DNA of 64,000 nucleotides from Pseudomonadota bacterium (GCA_034439715.1 JAWXAY010000070.1:1-64000), one strand, 5' to 3'; positions 49,367 through 59,319 are shown, counted from the stretch's first letter. The notes: generated by a model from the letters alone, not told the origin. Program-made: numbers and translations.

Positions 49367-50251
49367 ATGAAGTTTAAAGAAATAGACTTGAAACTTAAAG
49401 ATTTGGTGAGAAATGAACGAAAGATAACAGCAGAAATTATTTCTGTCATTTGCGACATTGATAAACGAAAGTTATTTTTGGAATTGGGTAGTTCAAGTTT
49501 ATTCGCTTATTTGACAAAAAAAATAGGTTATAGCGCCTCGGCGGCACAGAGAAGAATAGAAGCGGCGAGATTATCAAAAGAAATTCCCGAAATTAAGGAA
49601 AAGTTAAAATCGGGCACGATTAATCTTTCAACCATTACCCTGGTGACTCAAGGTCTTCGCGAAAAAGCAAAAAATTCGATAGTAACGCTCGAGTCAAAAA
49701 AAGCTTTAATTTTAAAAATTGAAAACAAAAACACCCAGCAGGCCCAAAAGATTCTTGCTGAGGAATTAGATTTGCCGATCGTAAATCTTGAAAAGACAAA
49801 AATTCAAAAGGATGAATCCATAAGAATTGAGCTTACTTTAAGTAAAGTGCAAAATGAAAAATTGGAGAGGGTGAGGCAGCTGACGTCGCACATCGATGCA
49901 GGTCTCAACTGGTCAGAACTTATTGAGCAATTGGCTGATTTTTATTTGAACAAAAAAACGGTAACAAAACGCACTTCCGATACGGTAGTAAAGAATTCGA
50001 AGGAGCATAACGTGTCCTACAATCGTTATATTCCTCTAACTCTGCGTCGAAAAATATTTGAACGAGATCGCTCTTGCCAATGGAAACATTCAAAGGCCAA
50101 GGAAATCTGCGGTTCAAAGCATCAGCTCGAAATTCATCATCAGAAGGCGATTTGGGCTGGCGGAATTTCAAGTGAAGATAACTTGCAACTTCTCTGTCGG
50201 GCTCATAATGCTTATACCTATCGGAATGAAGCACAAATAAAACTGCTGTAA
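49367..50251 (+). CDS. HNH endonuclease with long helical N-terminal domain (DUF222-like architecture)
   Basis: IFERDRSCQW...ICGS...LEIHH....AGG....NLQLLCRAHN Zn-HNH motif. N-terminal SSLFAYLT..IGYS...AQRRI.AARL. Alternative GTG start 49355. Confidence 0.88.
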   Translation: MKFKEIDLKLKDLVRNERKITAEIISVICDIDKRKLFLELGSSSLFAYLTKKIGYSASAAQRRIEAARLSKEIPEIKEKLKSGTINLSTITLVTQGLREKAKNSIVTLESKKALILKIENKNTQQAQKILAEELDLPIVNLEKTKIQKDESIRIELTLSKVQNEKLERVRQLTSHIDAGLNWSELIEQLADFYLNKKTVTKRTSDTVVKNSKEHNVSYNRYIPLTLRRKIFERDRSCQWKHSKAKEICGSKHQLEIHHQKAIWAGGISSEDNLQLLCRAHNAYTYRNEAQIKLL

Positions 50252-50373
50252 CTACTTTGCAAGTTAGACCGAAGGTTGGAGCCGGACAAAGCCTAAGGCC
50301 TAAAGTCATTAGCTCAAAGACCAGTTTTTACATAGTGCTGCCCAAAAAATCTCTCAACAAATAGTACAGGGTC

Positions 50374-50401
50374 TCAATTTGCTGCGGGAGTCGTCCGATA
50401 A
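50374..50401 (+). promoter_or_regulatory. Putative sigma28 promoter of the barrel-lipoprotein-barrel operon
   Basis: TCAA-N16-TCCGATAA, ending 7 nt before ATG 50409. Confidence 0.45.
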
Positions 50402-50408
50402 TGAGACT

Positions 50409-51533
50409 ATGAGAGCATCCTTAATTTTTTCAACAATTATTATTAGTTTACAATCTACTGTTGCCATTTCTGCTGAAACATTCGAGTTTTTTAATGGCAT
50501 TAGACAAATGGGAATGGGTGGCGCTTCGATAGCAGTGGTCAACGACGAAACCGCCCTCATTGCTAATCCTGCCGCACTCGGAAAGCTGCGCGACAGCTTT
50601 ACTACAGTCTTCGATCCGGAACTTGACTATGGAAAAGAAAATTCAAATGTCGCAACCGGAAACACCATCTTTAGCGCCGCCAATTTGCAAGGAATGCTCG
50701 ATCAACTTAAACTCCACCCCAATAAAAGATTTCATTTACGGTCACAACTTTTTCCGTCGTACGTGACTGCTAATTTTGGCGTAGGGGTTTTTGGAAAATA
50801 CACGGTCGATGGCGAGGTCGATGGAACAGTCACTCCCAATGTGTTTCATTTAGATGTCGTTCAAGATTTAGCCTTTGTTATTGGTTACAACTTTAGAATT
50901 TGGGACGGCAGAATAAAATTTGGATTTAATGCCAAATATATAAATAGGACGGAGCTGAAAGATCAAGATCCACAGGTGCCACTTGACACAACGGGACTGA
51001 GATTAGCAGATTTCGCAGATGAGGGCGGCGCCATGGCTGCAGATATTGGACTTATCATCACGCTACCGTGGGCCTGGTTGCCGACAATTGCTGGAGTGGT
51101 GAGAGACGCGGGTGGCACTAAGTTTACCTTTGCCAAGGGAATTTTGCATGGAGGTGCTGCCGACGCCAATGACCCTAATTACCCAACGGCACAAGTGCCA
51201 AAACCGATTTCACAAACCATTGACGCCGCCTTTGCATTGTTTCCGATCACAGCGGGCCGAACTCGTATGACCATTACTGGAGAATACACAGACGTCACCA
51301 ATGTCAATCTGGAGTTAGACTCCGCTAAAAAAATCCATGCGGGCTTTGAACTTAATTTTAGCGATTTGTTTTTCTTTCGAGGTGGATGGAACCAGAGATA
51401 TTGGACGGCCGGTCTCGAGTTAGCATACGCAGACATGCAGTTTCAAATGGCTAGCTATGGTGAAGAAATCGGTACGGTAGATGTAAATCGAGAAGACCGA
51501 CGATATTCAATTAAGTTTGCTTATAGATATTAG
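50409..51533 (+). CDS. TraF/FadL/PorV-like outer-membrane barrel, paralog 2
   Basis: RQMGMGGASIAVVNDETALIANPAAL; RGGWNQRY; YGEEIG...EDRRY; terminal Tyr. Confidence 0.82.
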   Translation: MRASLIFSTIIISLQSTVAISAETFEFFNGIRQMGMGGASIAVVNDETALIANPAALGKLRDSFTTVFDPELDYGKENSNVATGNTIFSAANLQGMLDQLKLHPNKRFHLRSQLFPSYVTANFGVGVFGKYTVDGEVDGTVTPNVFHLDVVQDLAFVIGYNFRIWDGRIKFGFNAKYINRTELKDQDPQVPLDTTGLRLADFADEGGAMAADIGLIITLPWAWLPTIAGVVRDAGGTKFTFAKGILHGGAADANDPNYPTAQVPKPISQTIDAAFALFPITAGRTRMTITGEYTDVTNVNLELDSAKKIHAGFELNFSDLFFFRGGWNQRYWTAGLELAYADMQFQMASYGEEIGTVDVNREDRRYSIKFAYRY

Positions 51534-51543
51534 AGAAAAGTGA

Positions 51544-52383
51544 GTGGTGATGGCTATTAGAGAGTGGGTTACGATCTATGTATTAGTCTTAACGTTAACG
51601 GGGTGCCGTAACTATTTGGAGACTTTTTCACAAGTGGACAGTGATCGCGCGAGACTTGTCGAAGCAAACCTTGCTCTCAATGCCCGAGATTTCGATTTAG
51701 CACTGACGTGGATAGGAAGAATGGGAAGCGAATATCGTAACACTCGTGAAGTTAAATATATCGAGGCCTCGGCTCATTCGGGCAAGTGTGGGATGGAAGC
51801 CATGACTTTTTTGCAGACGGTCGATGCAGCAGCCGGAAGTGGATTCAATTTGTTTACAGTATTAATGGCCGCGTTTAAAGGTGGTACTTTAACTCAAATG
51901 GCAGATTGTCGTACGGCAGAAAACTTACTTCGCTCTATTAGCTCATCGGCAGAGGAAAGAACGGACAACGAAAATATATTTTTAGCCTTAGTAAGCCTTG
52001 CGAAAATTGGAATTATTTTGAATGAAGGGGCTGACTTGAATGATGACGGGCTAGTAAATGATGGCTTTGTTTCGCCAGACCACTGTAATGCCACAACCGT
52101 TGTAGACAATAGTGAGGCGAATGAAATAGTCACGGGGTTAGTAAATTTTATGGAAAGCATTGGAGTTCTAGGATCCACTTTCGGCGGCGATGAGGTGGCG
52201 TCAGTTAATGTCATTTGTAATGATCCGTTAATTGATGGAACCACCTACGATTTTTGTGGAGTTACCAGTGCGGCTAGTGTGACAGTGGACCATCGCAAAG
52301 CAATCAGAAGTATTTTTGGATCCAGTGTAGGTTTAGGAATAGGAATTTGTACGGGAGATTTTAGCGCATGCGCGTGTCCTTAA
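51544..52383 (+). CDS. Lipoprotein with TPR-like N-terminal helices and 8 additional Cys (lipoprotein 2)
   Basis: LTGC lipobox, EANLALNARDFDLA helix pair, DLNDDG acidic loop, terminal CACP. Confidence 0.8.
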   Translation: MVMAIREWVTIYVLVLTLTGCRNYLETFSQVDSDRARLVEANLALNARDFDLALTWIGRMGSEYRNTREVKYIEASAHSGKCGMEAMTFLQTVDAAAGSGFNLFTVLMAAFKGGTLTQMADCRTAENLLRSISSSAEERTDNENIFLALVSLAKIGIILNEGADLNDDGLVNDGFVSPDHCNATTVVDNSEANEIVTGLVNFMESIGVLGSTFGGDEVASVNVICNDPLIDGTTYDFCGVTSAASVTVDHRKAIRSIFGSSVGLGIGICTGDFSACACP

Positions 52384-53525
52384 AAATTATATTACAACTA
52401 ACATTAGTAGCAAACTCGGCTGACGCCTCGACGTTTTTGGTTGAAAACTATCGCTCTGCCAGAGCTGTGGGGATGGGAAATGCCTACAGCGCTGTTGTTG
52501 ACAACCTGGATGCCCTTTTCTATAACCCCGCAGCGTTGGCAAAATCCAGTGGCCTTCACTGGTTGATTATGGATCCGGGAGTTGGCGCGTCTAATCCCGA
52601 AGGCTTACAGCAGCTGACAGGTCTCGATGCCTCGAACTACGCAGAAACCATTAATAATTTGGCCGGGCAAAATTTCAATTTTTATGGTACTGGCAAAACA
52701 GGATTGCAAATTGGCACTTTTGCGTTTGCTGTTTATCAAAATTCAGACCTCACGCTAATTTCGAACAATGTAGTCACTCCGACTTTTGATATCAGCTATA
52801 TTACAGATGTGGGTTATGCGATGGGCTTTGCTCTACCTTTTATTCCAGGAGTGTTGAGCTGGGGTTTAGATGTCAAGTATGTGCGTCGCAATGGAAATCG
52901 ATTTTCGATTGGCGTCAGTGAATTAGCCAGTCAAGACGATGCCTACTTAAAATCACTTTATGATTTAAACGGATCTGGGTATGCGCTCGACACGGGATTT
53001 TTACTGCGTCTTCCAGGTCCCATAAGTCCCACTTTTGCACTGACATGGAAGAACGTCGGTGGCACAAAATTTAAACCCTCGATTGTAGGCAATCAAGCAC
53101 CTCCCACAGATCCACAAGAAATTGGTGGCGCATTTGCACTAAATATCGATTTACCGTTACTTTCGTTTTCACCGATAATCGAAGTTAAGCACACAGAAAA
53201 GACGGATGTTAGTTTGGGAAGAAAACTGCACATTGGTTTTGAACTGGGAATACTTAACCTTGATCTTCGCGGAGGTTTTAACCAGGGATATTGGGCGGGT
53301 GGCGTTGGCTTTAGCCTGGGATTTTTAGACTTGGATTTGGCTACATACGGTGTCGAGTTAGGTGAGGAGCCAGGACAAATTGAGGATAGACGGTATATGC
53401 TACAAATAACCATGGGGCTCGGTTTAGATTTTGGCGGTGGCGGTTTTGGCGGCAAGAGTGGCGGCATAGAACAAACCAAAGCGGAGAAGCGAAAGACTGA
53501 GCGCCAACTTAAGAAGCGTCGCTAA
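52368..53525 (+). CDS. TraF/FadL/PorV-like outer-membrane barrel, paralog 3, with Gly linker and basic C-terminal tail
   Basis: RAVGMGNAYSAVVDN.DALFYNPAALA; RGGFNQGY; YGVELG...EDRRY. Confidence 0.82.
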   Translation: MRVSLKIILQLTLVANSADASTFLVENYRSARAVGMGNAYSAVVDNLDALFYNPAALAKSSGLHWLIMDPGVGASNPEGLQQLTGLDASNYAETINNLAGQNFNFYGTGKTGLQIGTFAFAVYQNSDLTLISNNVVTPTFDISYITDVGYAMGFALPFIPGVLSWGLDVKYVRRNGNRFSIGVSELASQDDAYLKSLYDLNGSGYALDTGFLLRLPGPISPTFALTWKNVGGTKFKPSIVGNQAPPTDPQEIGGAFALNIDLPLLSFSPIIEVKHTEKTDVSLGRKLHIGFELGILNLDLRGGFNQGYWAGGVGFSLGFLDLDLATYGVELGEEPGQIEDRRYMLQITMGLGLDFGGGGFGGKSGGIEQTKAEKRKTERQLKKRR

Positions 53526-53563
53526 TCAGTAGACATGGCCTAAAGAGGTGATATACCTTTCTG

Positions 53564-56287
53564 GTGCTAGAAATTAGAGAATTAAACTCACCCTCTGACA
53601 AACAGCAACTCTTAACAGAGTTTCATCCCAACGATCAATGTTGGGTCGTCCCTGACCTAGTTTCTAAAAAAAATCTGCAGCAAATTTTCTTATCGAAGAA
53701 TCGAGTTATCGAAGAAGATAGTTGTCTTCGCGCGAGCGATCTCTGGCAAAAGCTATTGAGTCGTTTAAGGCCTGATCTCAGAGTAGTACCACCATCATTA
53801 ATAATGGGAATCATCAAAAGTCACTTGAGTGAGAGCCTCCATGCTTGGGCACGTACGCCTGGCGCCAGCGATGAATTGACCCGCTACGTTCGCGATCTCA
53901 TGCCTATCTTGAGTCACCCCGACGCCGAAGAAATTATGAGTGATTGGTTTGGCAAAAATCAGTCGGCCTTTGTTCGTTGGGGCCATTGGTTCAAAGAAAG
54001 CTATACTGTTTGGCGAGCTCTCAATAAAATGGGAATTGTAACCCGAGAGTGGATTAGCGGTATTCTAGTCAACGAAACTGGTTTTGAAAAGGTTTGGCAG
54101 AGGCAACTGGTTTTTGATTTGGGCGTTGAAATTATTTCGCCAGAAACAGAGTTGATTTCAGTTTTGTCCCGTTATTTGCCAGTGTCGGTGATAAAGCCTA
54201 CTCCCGCATGGTCGAGTGAGTATCCCAGTCTGTTTGCCCCCTATTCTTTTCTGGCGACTCAGCGTTCAAAAAAAATAGAGCCTCTTAATTTGTCCGAAAA
54301 AAATCCTCCCAGCGAATTCACTTATCGCAAGTTTGCAAGTGGCTTGGGCGAAATCAAAGACGCCGTAGCGCAAGCGAGACTCTGGCTTGACCAGGGTGTG
54401 CATCCGAGTAACGTAGCCATTTTGGCTCCTGAGGTGCGAGAAGTTTGGCCATGCTTAAAAGAGTTTTTAAGCATGGAGGGAATTCCTTTTCGCCCTCGAG
54501 AGACCGAACTTCTGGCTAATCATCCGCAAGTGGCGCACTGGCTTTCAGTACTGAAGCTGAAGGGCCGAGAACTTACTAGAGGCAACTTAGAGATGGACCT
54601 CTATCATTTGTCTAAAGATTCAAAAGCGCCATTACGCTATGAGGAATTTGAACGATTCTATACTAATATTTATTCATTTGCGGATCTGGGGCGCCATCCA
54701 TTAGTTTCAGCTCGGTACAAAAATGTTTGGCAAGAAAAAAACATTGGTACTAAGTTTGATTTTATTAGCCTTGCAATAGCAGAGTGGAAGGCGCATTGGA
54801 ATTCGGAACTTATTGAAGGATTTATTTATGGATTTTTTGATCAAACTCCTGATGACCTGAAGCTCTCACTTAATATTTGGCTTGATTACTTAACTGCCGA
54901 GTTGAGGCGAGCAGACATTACGCTTCGGCCTGAAAGTATGGGTGGCGTTCAAATCGAAAATCTGGTGTCATCGGCTAATATCGAAGCAACGCACGTATAT
55001 ATTTTGGGACTAAAGGATTCTAGTTTTCGGGGAACTCGTAAGACCAGTATATTAGAATCCGACATTAAGTCCCTCAGTGAATTTACGGGCTTCAACCTGT
55101 CTAGTTTAGATCGCTCCAACTTGGAGTTTTATTTAAAGTGGTTTCTACTTAAGCCAATAAAAGATTGCATCTTGAGTTTTGCGGCAAATGATTTAAGCGG
55201 CAAAGTAGAAGCGCCGTCACTCGTATGGCTACAAAAAGCTTTAGAGATCAAAAAAAATATCAAAGAAACTGATGCCCACGGCTTGACTCGCTGGGATGAA
55301 ATTCAGGCTCAGTCGCCAGAAAATATAAACATAAATAAAGATTTAGGCTTGGAACCTTTCGCACCATTACATGTGGATTTTGAGTTGGGACTTTCGGCGA
55401 CCGGTATCAGAAACTACAAGCGTTGCCCGTTTGTTTATCTGACTCAAAATGTTTTGCGTTTGGCCGACCGTAAACCTTTTGATTTAGATTTGGACTCAAT
55501 GGAAATGGGAAAGCTACTTCATAGAGTTTTAGAAACTGTGGTGACTCATCCGTTTACTGAAAATTACACTTCAGAGGAACTTGATCAGATCATCGCGAAT
55601 TCGGTTGCTGATGTGGGAGTTGTTTTTTTGGATCCTAAGCTTGGCCAATATTTTCAAGCTGAATTAAAAAAAACCACCATCGGTTTTTTGAAAAAAGAAT
55701 ATGCGCTTCGGCAGAAATTTCCGGAATTAAGCACGCTTGCTAAAGAAGTTCAGTTTAAAGCCTATATCGATTCTGAATCTGGCGATTTTAGTATTGTTCC
55801 TAAACTCCAATCCCGAGGGGCCTCCTTTAAATGTGAGGGTTTTGTTGATCGAATAGACGAAAACAAATGTAGAGAGGTTTCAATTATTGATTACAAAAGT
55901 AGTGGTTATAATTTGAAAACACTAGGGTCCTGGATTAAGGATTCTGAGCTGCAGTTGCCTATTTATGCTATGGCCGTAGAACAAGGCCTAACCGAGTTGG
56001 GACCACGAGAGGTAATTTCGGCACATTACTGTGTTGTTAAAGACGATGATCGCAACATTGGCTTTAAGATTATTGAAAAATCGGGCACGCTTTATGACTG
56101 TGAAGATAAAAAAAGAAACAAACTTGAGTTGAGTAAAAAGAAAGACTTATTTGTTGAGACAAAAAAACAGCTGAAGCATTACGCTAATGAAATGGGTTCA
56201 GGTCACTTTGCGCCCCTGCCCGAAGATGAAAAAAAATGTAATGAATGTCGTTGGAGGTTGGTATGCCGAGCACCGCACCTCCTCTAA
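53564..56287 (+). CDS. AddB-like protein: inactive helicase-like body plus C-terminal Fe-S PD-(D/E)XK nuclease
   Basis: SATG...YKRCPF, GFVDRID...IIDYKS, QLPIY and CNECRWRLVC (four-Cys staple). No Walker A motif. Confidence 0.85.
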   Translation: MLEIRELNSPSDKQQLLTEFHPNDQCWVVPDLVSKKNLQQIFLSKNRVIEEDSCLRASDLWQKLLSRLRPDLRVVPPSLIMGIIKSHLSESLHAWARTPGASDELTRYVRDLMPILSHPDAEEIMSDWFGKNQSAFVRWGHWFKESYTVWRALNKMGIVTREWISGILVNETGFEKVWQRQLVFDLGVEIISPETELISVLSRYLPVSVIKPTPAWSSEYPSLFAPYSFLATQRSKKIEPLNLSEKNPPSEFTYRKFASGLGEIKDAVAQARLWLDQGVHPSNVAILAPEVREVWPCLKEFLSMEGIPFRPRETELLANHPQVAHWLSVLKLKGRELTRGNLEMDLYHLSKDSKAPLRYEEFERFYTNIYSFADLGRHPLVSARYKNVWQEKNIGTKFDFISLAIAEWKAHWNSELIEGFIYGFFDQTPDDLKLSLNIWLDYLTAELRRADITLRPESMGGVQIENLVSSANIEATHVYILGLKDSSFRGTRKTSILESDIKSLSEFTGFNLSSLDRSNLEFYLKWFLLKPIKDCILSFAANDLSGKVEAPSLVWLQKALEIKKNIKETDAHGLTRWDEIQAQSPENININKDLGLEPFAPLHVDFELGLSATGIRNYKRCPFVYLTQNVLRLADRKPFDLDLDSMEMGKLLHRVLETVVTHPFTENYTSEELDQIIANSVADVGVVFLDPKLGQYFQAELKKTTIGFLKKEYALRQKFPELSTLAKEVQFKAYIDSESGDFSIVPKLQSRGASFKCEGFVDRIDENKCREVSIIDYKSSGYNLKTLGSWIKDSELQLPIYAMAVEQGLTELGPREVISAHYCVVKDDDRNIGFKIIEKSGTLYDCEDKKRNKLELSKKKDLFVETKKQLKHYANEMGSGHFAPLPEDEKKCNECRWRLVCRAPHLL

Positions 56288-59200
56288 AAAAACAAGTACT
56301 AAACACGATTGTAAGAGCTGGGGCGGGCGCTGGCAAGACGACAGAACTGGTGCGCCGAGCCTTTGAGTTTGCCACAAAATTCAAGAGCGAAAATGGGGTG
56401 TTCCCAAGACTAGTGATTTGTACCTATACTCGCAAGGCCACTCAAGAACTTCGAGAACGGATGATGGCAAAGGCCTGTGAAATCGGCGACTGGGCACTTC
56501 TTAAGTACTTTAGTTCATCCCAGGTTCATATTTCTACAATTCACGGTATTTTATCACTTTTTTTGGGCCGATACGGATTTCGCATCGGGCTTGATCCTAG
56601 ATATAAGATAATTGACGACAGCAGGGCATTTCAAGTTGCCAAAGACTTAGTGAGGAATATCTACTCCAAAGATACTTTCTCTGAAGAAGAAAAAAGTTTG
56701 CTACTGAAAAATTTGGGTGTCAATAAAATGGCAGAAATCAGTCTTCGGTATTACGAAGCTGTCTTGTCCTCACCCGAATTTAAGCCACACGATGCAAACT
56801 CCTTAAGACAAACGCTTAAGGAGTTCGAAGCCCAACTGCTTGCTGATCTTGAGAGATTGAAATCAGAGTGGCAGGAACTCTCAGTTCCCACTGAAAACCG
56901 GGTGACCGTAAACGGAGTTTTAGAAAGTATTATGGCGCTTAACGCGGTTGTGCAAAACCAAGGTTTGCTTGAGGGACGAGAATTCTTGTTAGAAGTTTTA
57001 AACAATAGTCCACGTTTGAGTTTTGGCAAAAATAAAGAATTATTTTTAGAAGTTATAGAGAGCATTAAAGACTTTAAAGAGGGTTTAAAAAAGTTACTTG
57101 AAAAGCCAGCTTTTGATAAATCTCAGATTGAAAGTTCCGCACAGATATTTTCACTTTGTGAAATCTTTTTTAAAGAATTCGTAGCTAGTTATAAAGAAAA
57201 AAAGATATCGCTGGGCCAAATTCAAATCAACGATCTGGAGCTTTTTTCTTTGGAATGTATTAGATCCCATCCTGAAACCGCGCAGTTATTTTCGACTGAG
57301 TGGGATTACTGGTTGATCGATGAATATCAAGATACCAGCCCAATTCAAGTGGAACTTTTGAATCATCTCGTTGGCAAAAATCCGCACTTTGTGGTGGGCG
57401 ATCCTCAGCAGAGTATTTATTTGTTTCGCGGTGCTCGGGCAGAGGTTTTTGCAGCCAAAGAAAAATCGATAGAGGCCAACGGTGGAGAAAGGCTTGTATT
57501 ATCAAAAAACTATCGCTCGCAGAAAAATCTTGTGCATTTTTTCAACAAGCTTTTCCACAAAGGGGACGCGGCTTTTACTAAGTTAGAACCTATGCGTGAG
57601 GGTGTTTTAGGATCAGAGCCAGACGTGAGTGTGAGTCTTCCCTCCAAGGGCCAGGAGTATTTGGCCCTAACCCATCACGTAAAAATACTTTTGAGTAGGG
57701 GTGTGCCGCCAGAGGAAATTTGTATTTTAGCGCGTGACAACAAGACTCTAAAGCTGGCTGCCAAAAATCTTTCGCGCGCCAATGTGCCGAGCCTACTTCA
57801 CTCGGCATCGGGATTTTATGAGAGACGCGAGATCTTAGACGCTTTGGCGTTTCTAAAATTTATTTTGAATCCTTATGACGATGTAAATCTTGTTCAGCTC
57901 TTAAGATCTCCTTGGTTCTATCTCGACGACAATATCATTGTTAGTGTGCTCAGACCTAAAGGGTCGGACAAAAAAGGAACCAAAGACGCGAACTCGGCCT
58001 GGGAAAAACTGGTTCAGGCGCCAGTAAGCCGAGAAGAATCCCCCATTTTGAAACTTGGTGAAATTTTGACTCGTCGAGACACCCTTGCCCTTTCATCATT
58101 ATTTCGCAGATGTTTGTTAGACTTAGGTTTTTTTGATTTTGCTCAAAAACAAGATATCACAGGACGAAGAGAGGCCAACCTTTGGAAATTTATTTTAAAT
58201 CTCGAACGCGAGTCACGAGAGCCGGGTTTTAATTTTATTGATTTTGTCACTCAATCAGAGCGCGAGATTGATTTAGAGAGCGCTATGGAACAGGATGCCG
58301 TTAGCGCACGCGAAGTCACGCGAGTTAATTTAATGACGGTCCATCAATCCAAAGGCCTGGAGTTTTCTCATGTAATATTACTCGATATTCATCGCGAGCC
58401 GAATTTAACAAAGTGGCTGCCGATGAGTTTTGATGAGGACTTAAAACGATTTAGTCTGTCGCTAATAAATGCCGAGACTAATGAAAGAGATTCTTCTTTA
58501 GGCTGCTTGCGCTGGGTAAAGAGACTTGCTGTACGCGAGAAGGAAGAGTTCAGACGATTACTTTATGTGGCTCTTACGAGGGCGGAAAAAAATCTGATCC
58601 TCATTGGACATCCAGTATTTGAAAAAGAATCATGGGGAAGTCAGATCCCGTGGGATCTGACGGTTGGTGAGCATGAGATGCAAGGGTTTAAGTACCGTGT
58701 AGAAAACGGCCCATGGGCTAATGAACAACTGGCAGCTAGTATAGATATTCCGGTAAAAGTACGGGAGAAATATAACACGGAAGACAAACTGATAAACTCC
58801 GTGGTTTCGGTAAGTGAAATTGTGAAAAAAGATTTTAAGGCCAATAGTAGTCTGGATTTGTCCCGAAATTATATTTTGAATCGGGCGGTAAGTATTAGCA
58901 CGGGAATTCAGGTTCATAGAATGTTGGAGCTGTTACGCTACTCTCCAGAGGGAATAAATAAAATCGTTATTCAAAAAATGTTTCCCAAGAGGGCCGAGGA
59001 TATTATTTCATGTCTTGATTATATAAAAAAATTAGATACCCCGCCCATGATGAAGATATTAGAAACTGGTTTTGCTGAGTGGGGCTACCTCTTTAGGGAC
59101 GGCGACAAGGTGATTGAAGGGCAAATTGATTTGTGGGGTGAAGTAGGTGCCGAGGTTTGGATCATAGATTATAAAACCGGAAGTTCCGAGTATAAAGAAA

Positions 59201-59319
59201 CCGCGAAGCACCAACTACAAGAGTACGCGCGCGCTCTTAGGGCTTATGGCGTCACCAAATCGATTCGTTTGGCGGCGGTTTATCCTATGACCAAGGAATT
59301 CGAAGTTTGGGAAGGGTAA
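56263..59319 (+). CDS. AddA-like UvrD helicase-nuclease
   Basis: AGAGAGKT, TIHG, IDEYQDT, VGDPQQSIY.FRGA, NYRS, TVHQSKGLEF, YVALTRA, and C-terminal GQIDL...IDYKTG nuclease. Confidence 0.9.
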   Translation: MPSTAPPLKKQVLNTIVRAGAGAGKTTELVRRAFEFATKFKSENGVFPRLVICTYTRKATQELRERMMAKACEIGDWALLKYFSSSQVHISTIHGILSLFLGRYGFRIGLDPRYKIIDDSRAFQVAKDLVRNIYSKDTFSEEEKSLLLKNLGVNKMAEISLRYYEAVLSSPEFKPHDANSLRQTLKEFEAQLLADLERLKSEWQELSVPTENRVTVNGVLESIMALNAVVQNQGLLEGREFLLEVLNNSPRLSFGKNKELFLEVIESIKDFKEGLKKLLEKPAFDKSQIESSAQIFSLCEIFFKEFVASYKEKKISLGQIQINDLELFSLECIRSHPETAQLFSTEWDYWLIDEYQDTSPIQVELLNHLVGKNPHFVVGDPQQSIYLFRGARAEVFAAKEKSIEANGGERLVLSKNYRSQKNLVHFFNKLFHKGDAAFTKLEPMREGVLGSEPDVSVSLPSKGQEYLALTHHVKILLSRGVPPEEICILARDNKTLKLAAKNLSRANVPSLLHSASGFYERREILDALAFLKFILNPYDDVNLVQLLRSPWFYLDDNIIVSVLRPKGSDKKGTKDANSAWEKLVQAPVSREESPILKLGEILTRRDTLALSSLFRRCLLDLGFFDFAQKQDITGRREANLWKFILNLERESREPGFNFIDFVTQSEREIDLESAMEQDAVSAREVTRVNLMTVHQSKGLEFSHVILLDIHREPNLTKWLPMSFDEDLKRFSLSLINAETNERDSSLGCLRWVKRLAVREKEEFRRLLYVALTRAEKNLILIGHPVFEKESWGSQIPWDLTVGEHEMQGFKYRVENGPWANEQLAASIDIPVKVREKYNTEDKLINSVVSVSEIVKKDFKANSSLDLSRNYILNRAVSISTGIQVHRMLELLRYSPEGINKIVIQKMFPKRAEDIISCLDYIKKLDTPPMMKILETGFAEWGYLFRDGDKVIEGQIDLWGEVGAEVWIIDYKTGSSEYKETAKHQLQEYARALRAYGVTKSIRLAAVYPMTKEFEVWEG

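Noticed and set aside
47019..53525. TraF-like genes as evidence of a conjugative element
   Set aside because: No relaxase, VirB4/VirD4 ATPase, pilin or integrase; the flanks are housekeeping genes (coaE, addAB-like).
53564..59319. Helicase plus Cas4-like nuclease as an anti-phage defence or CRISPR adaptation module
   Set aside because: Domain order and sizes fit housekeeping AddAB, and there is no defence-island context.
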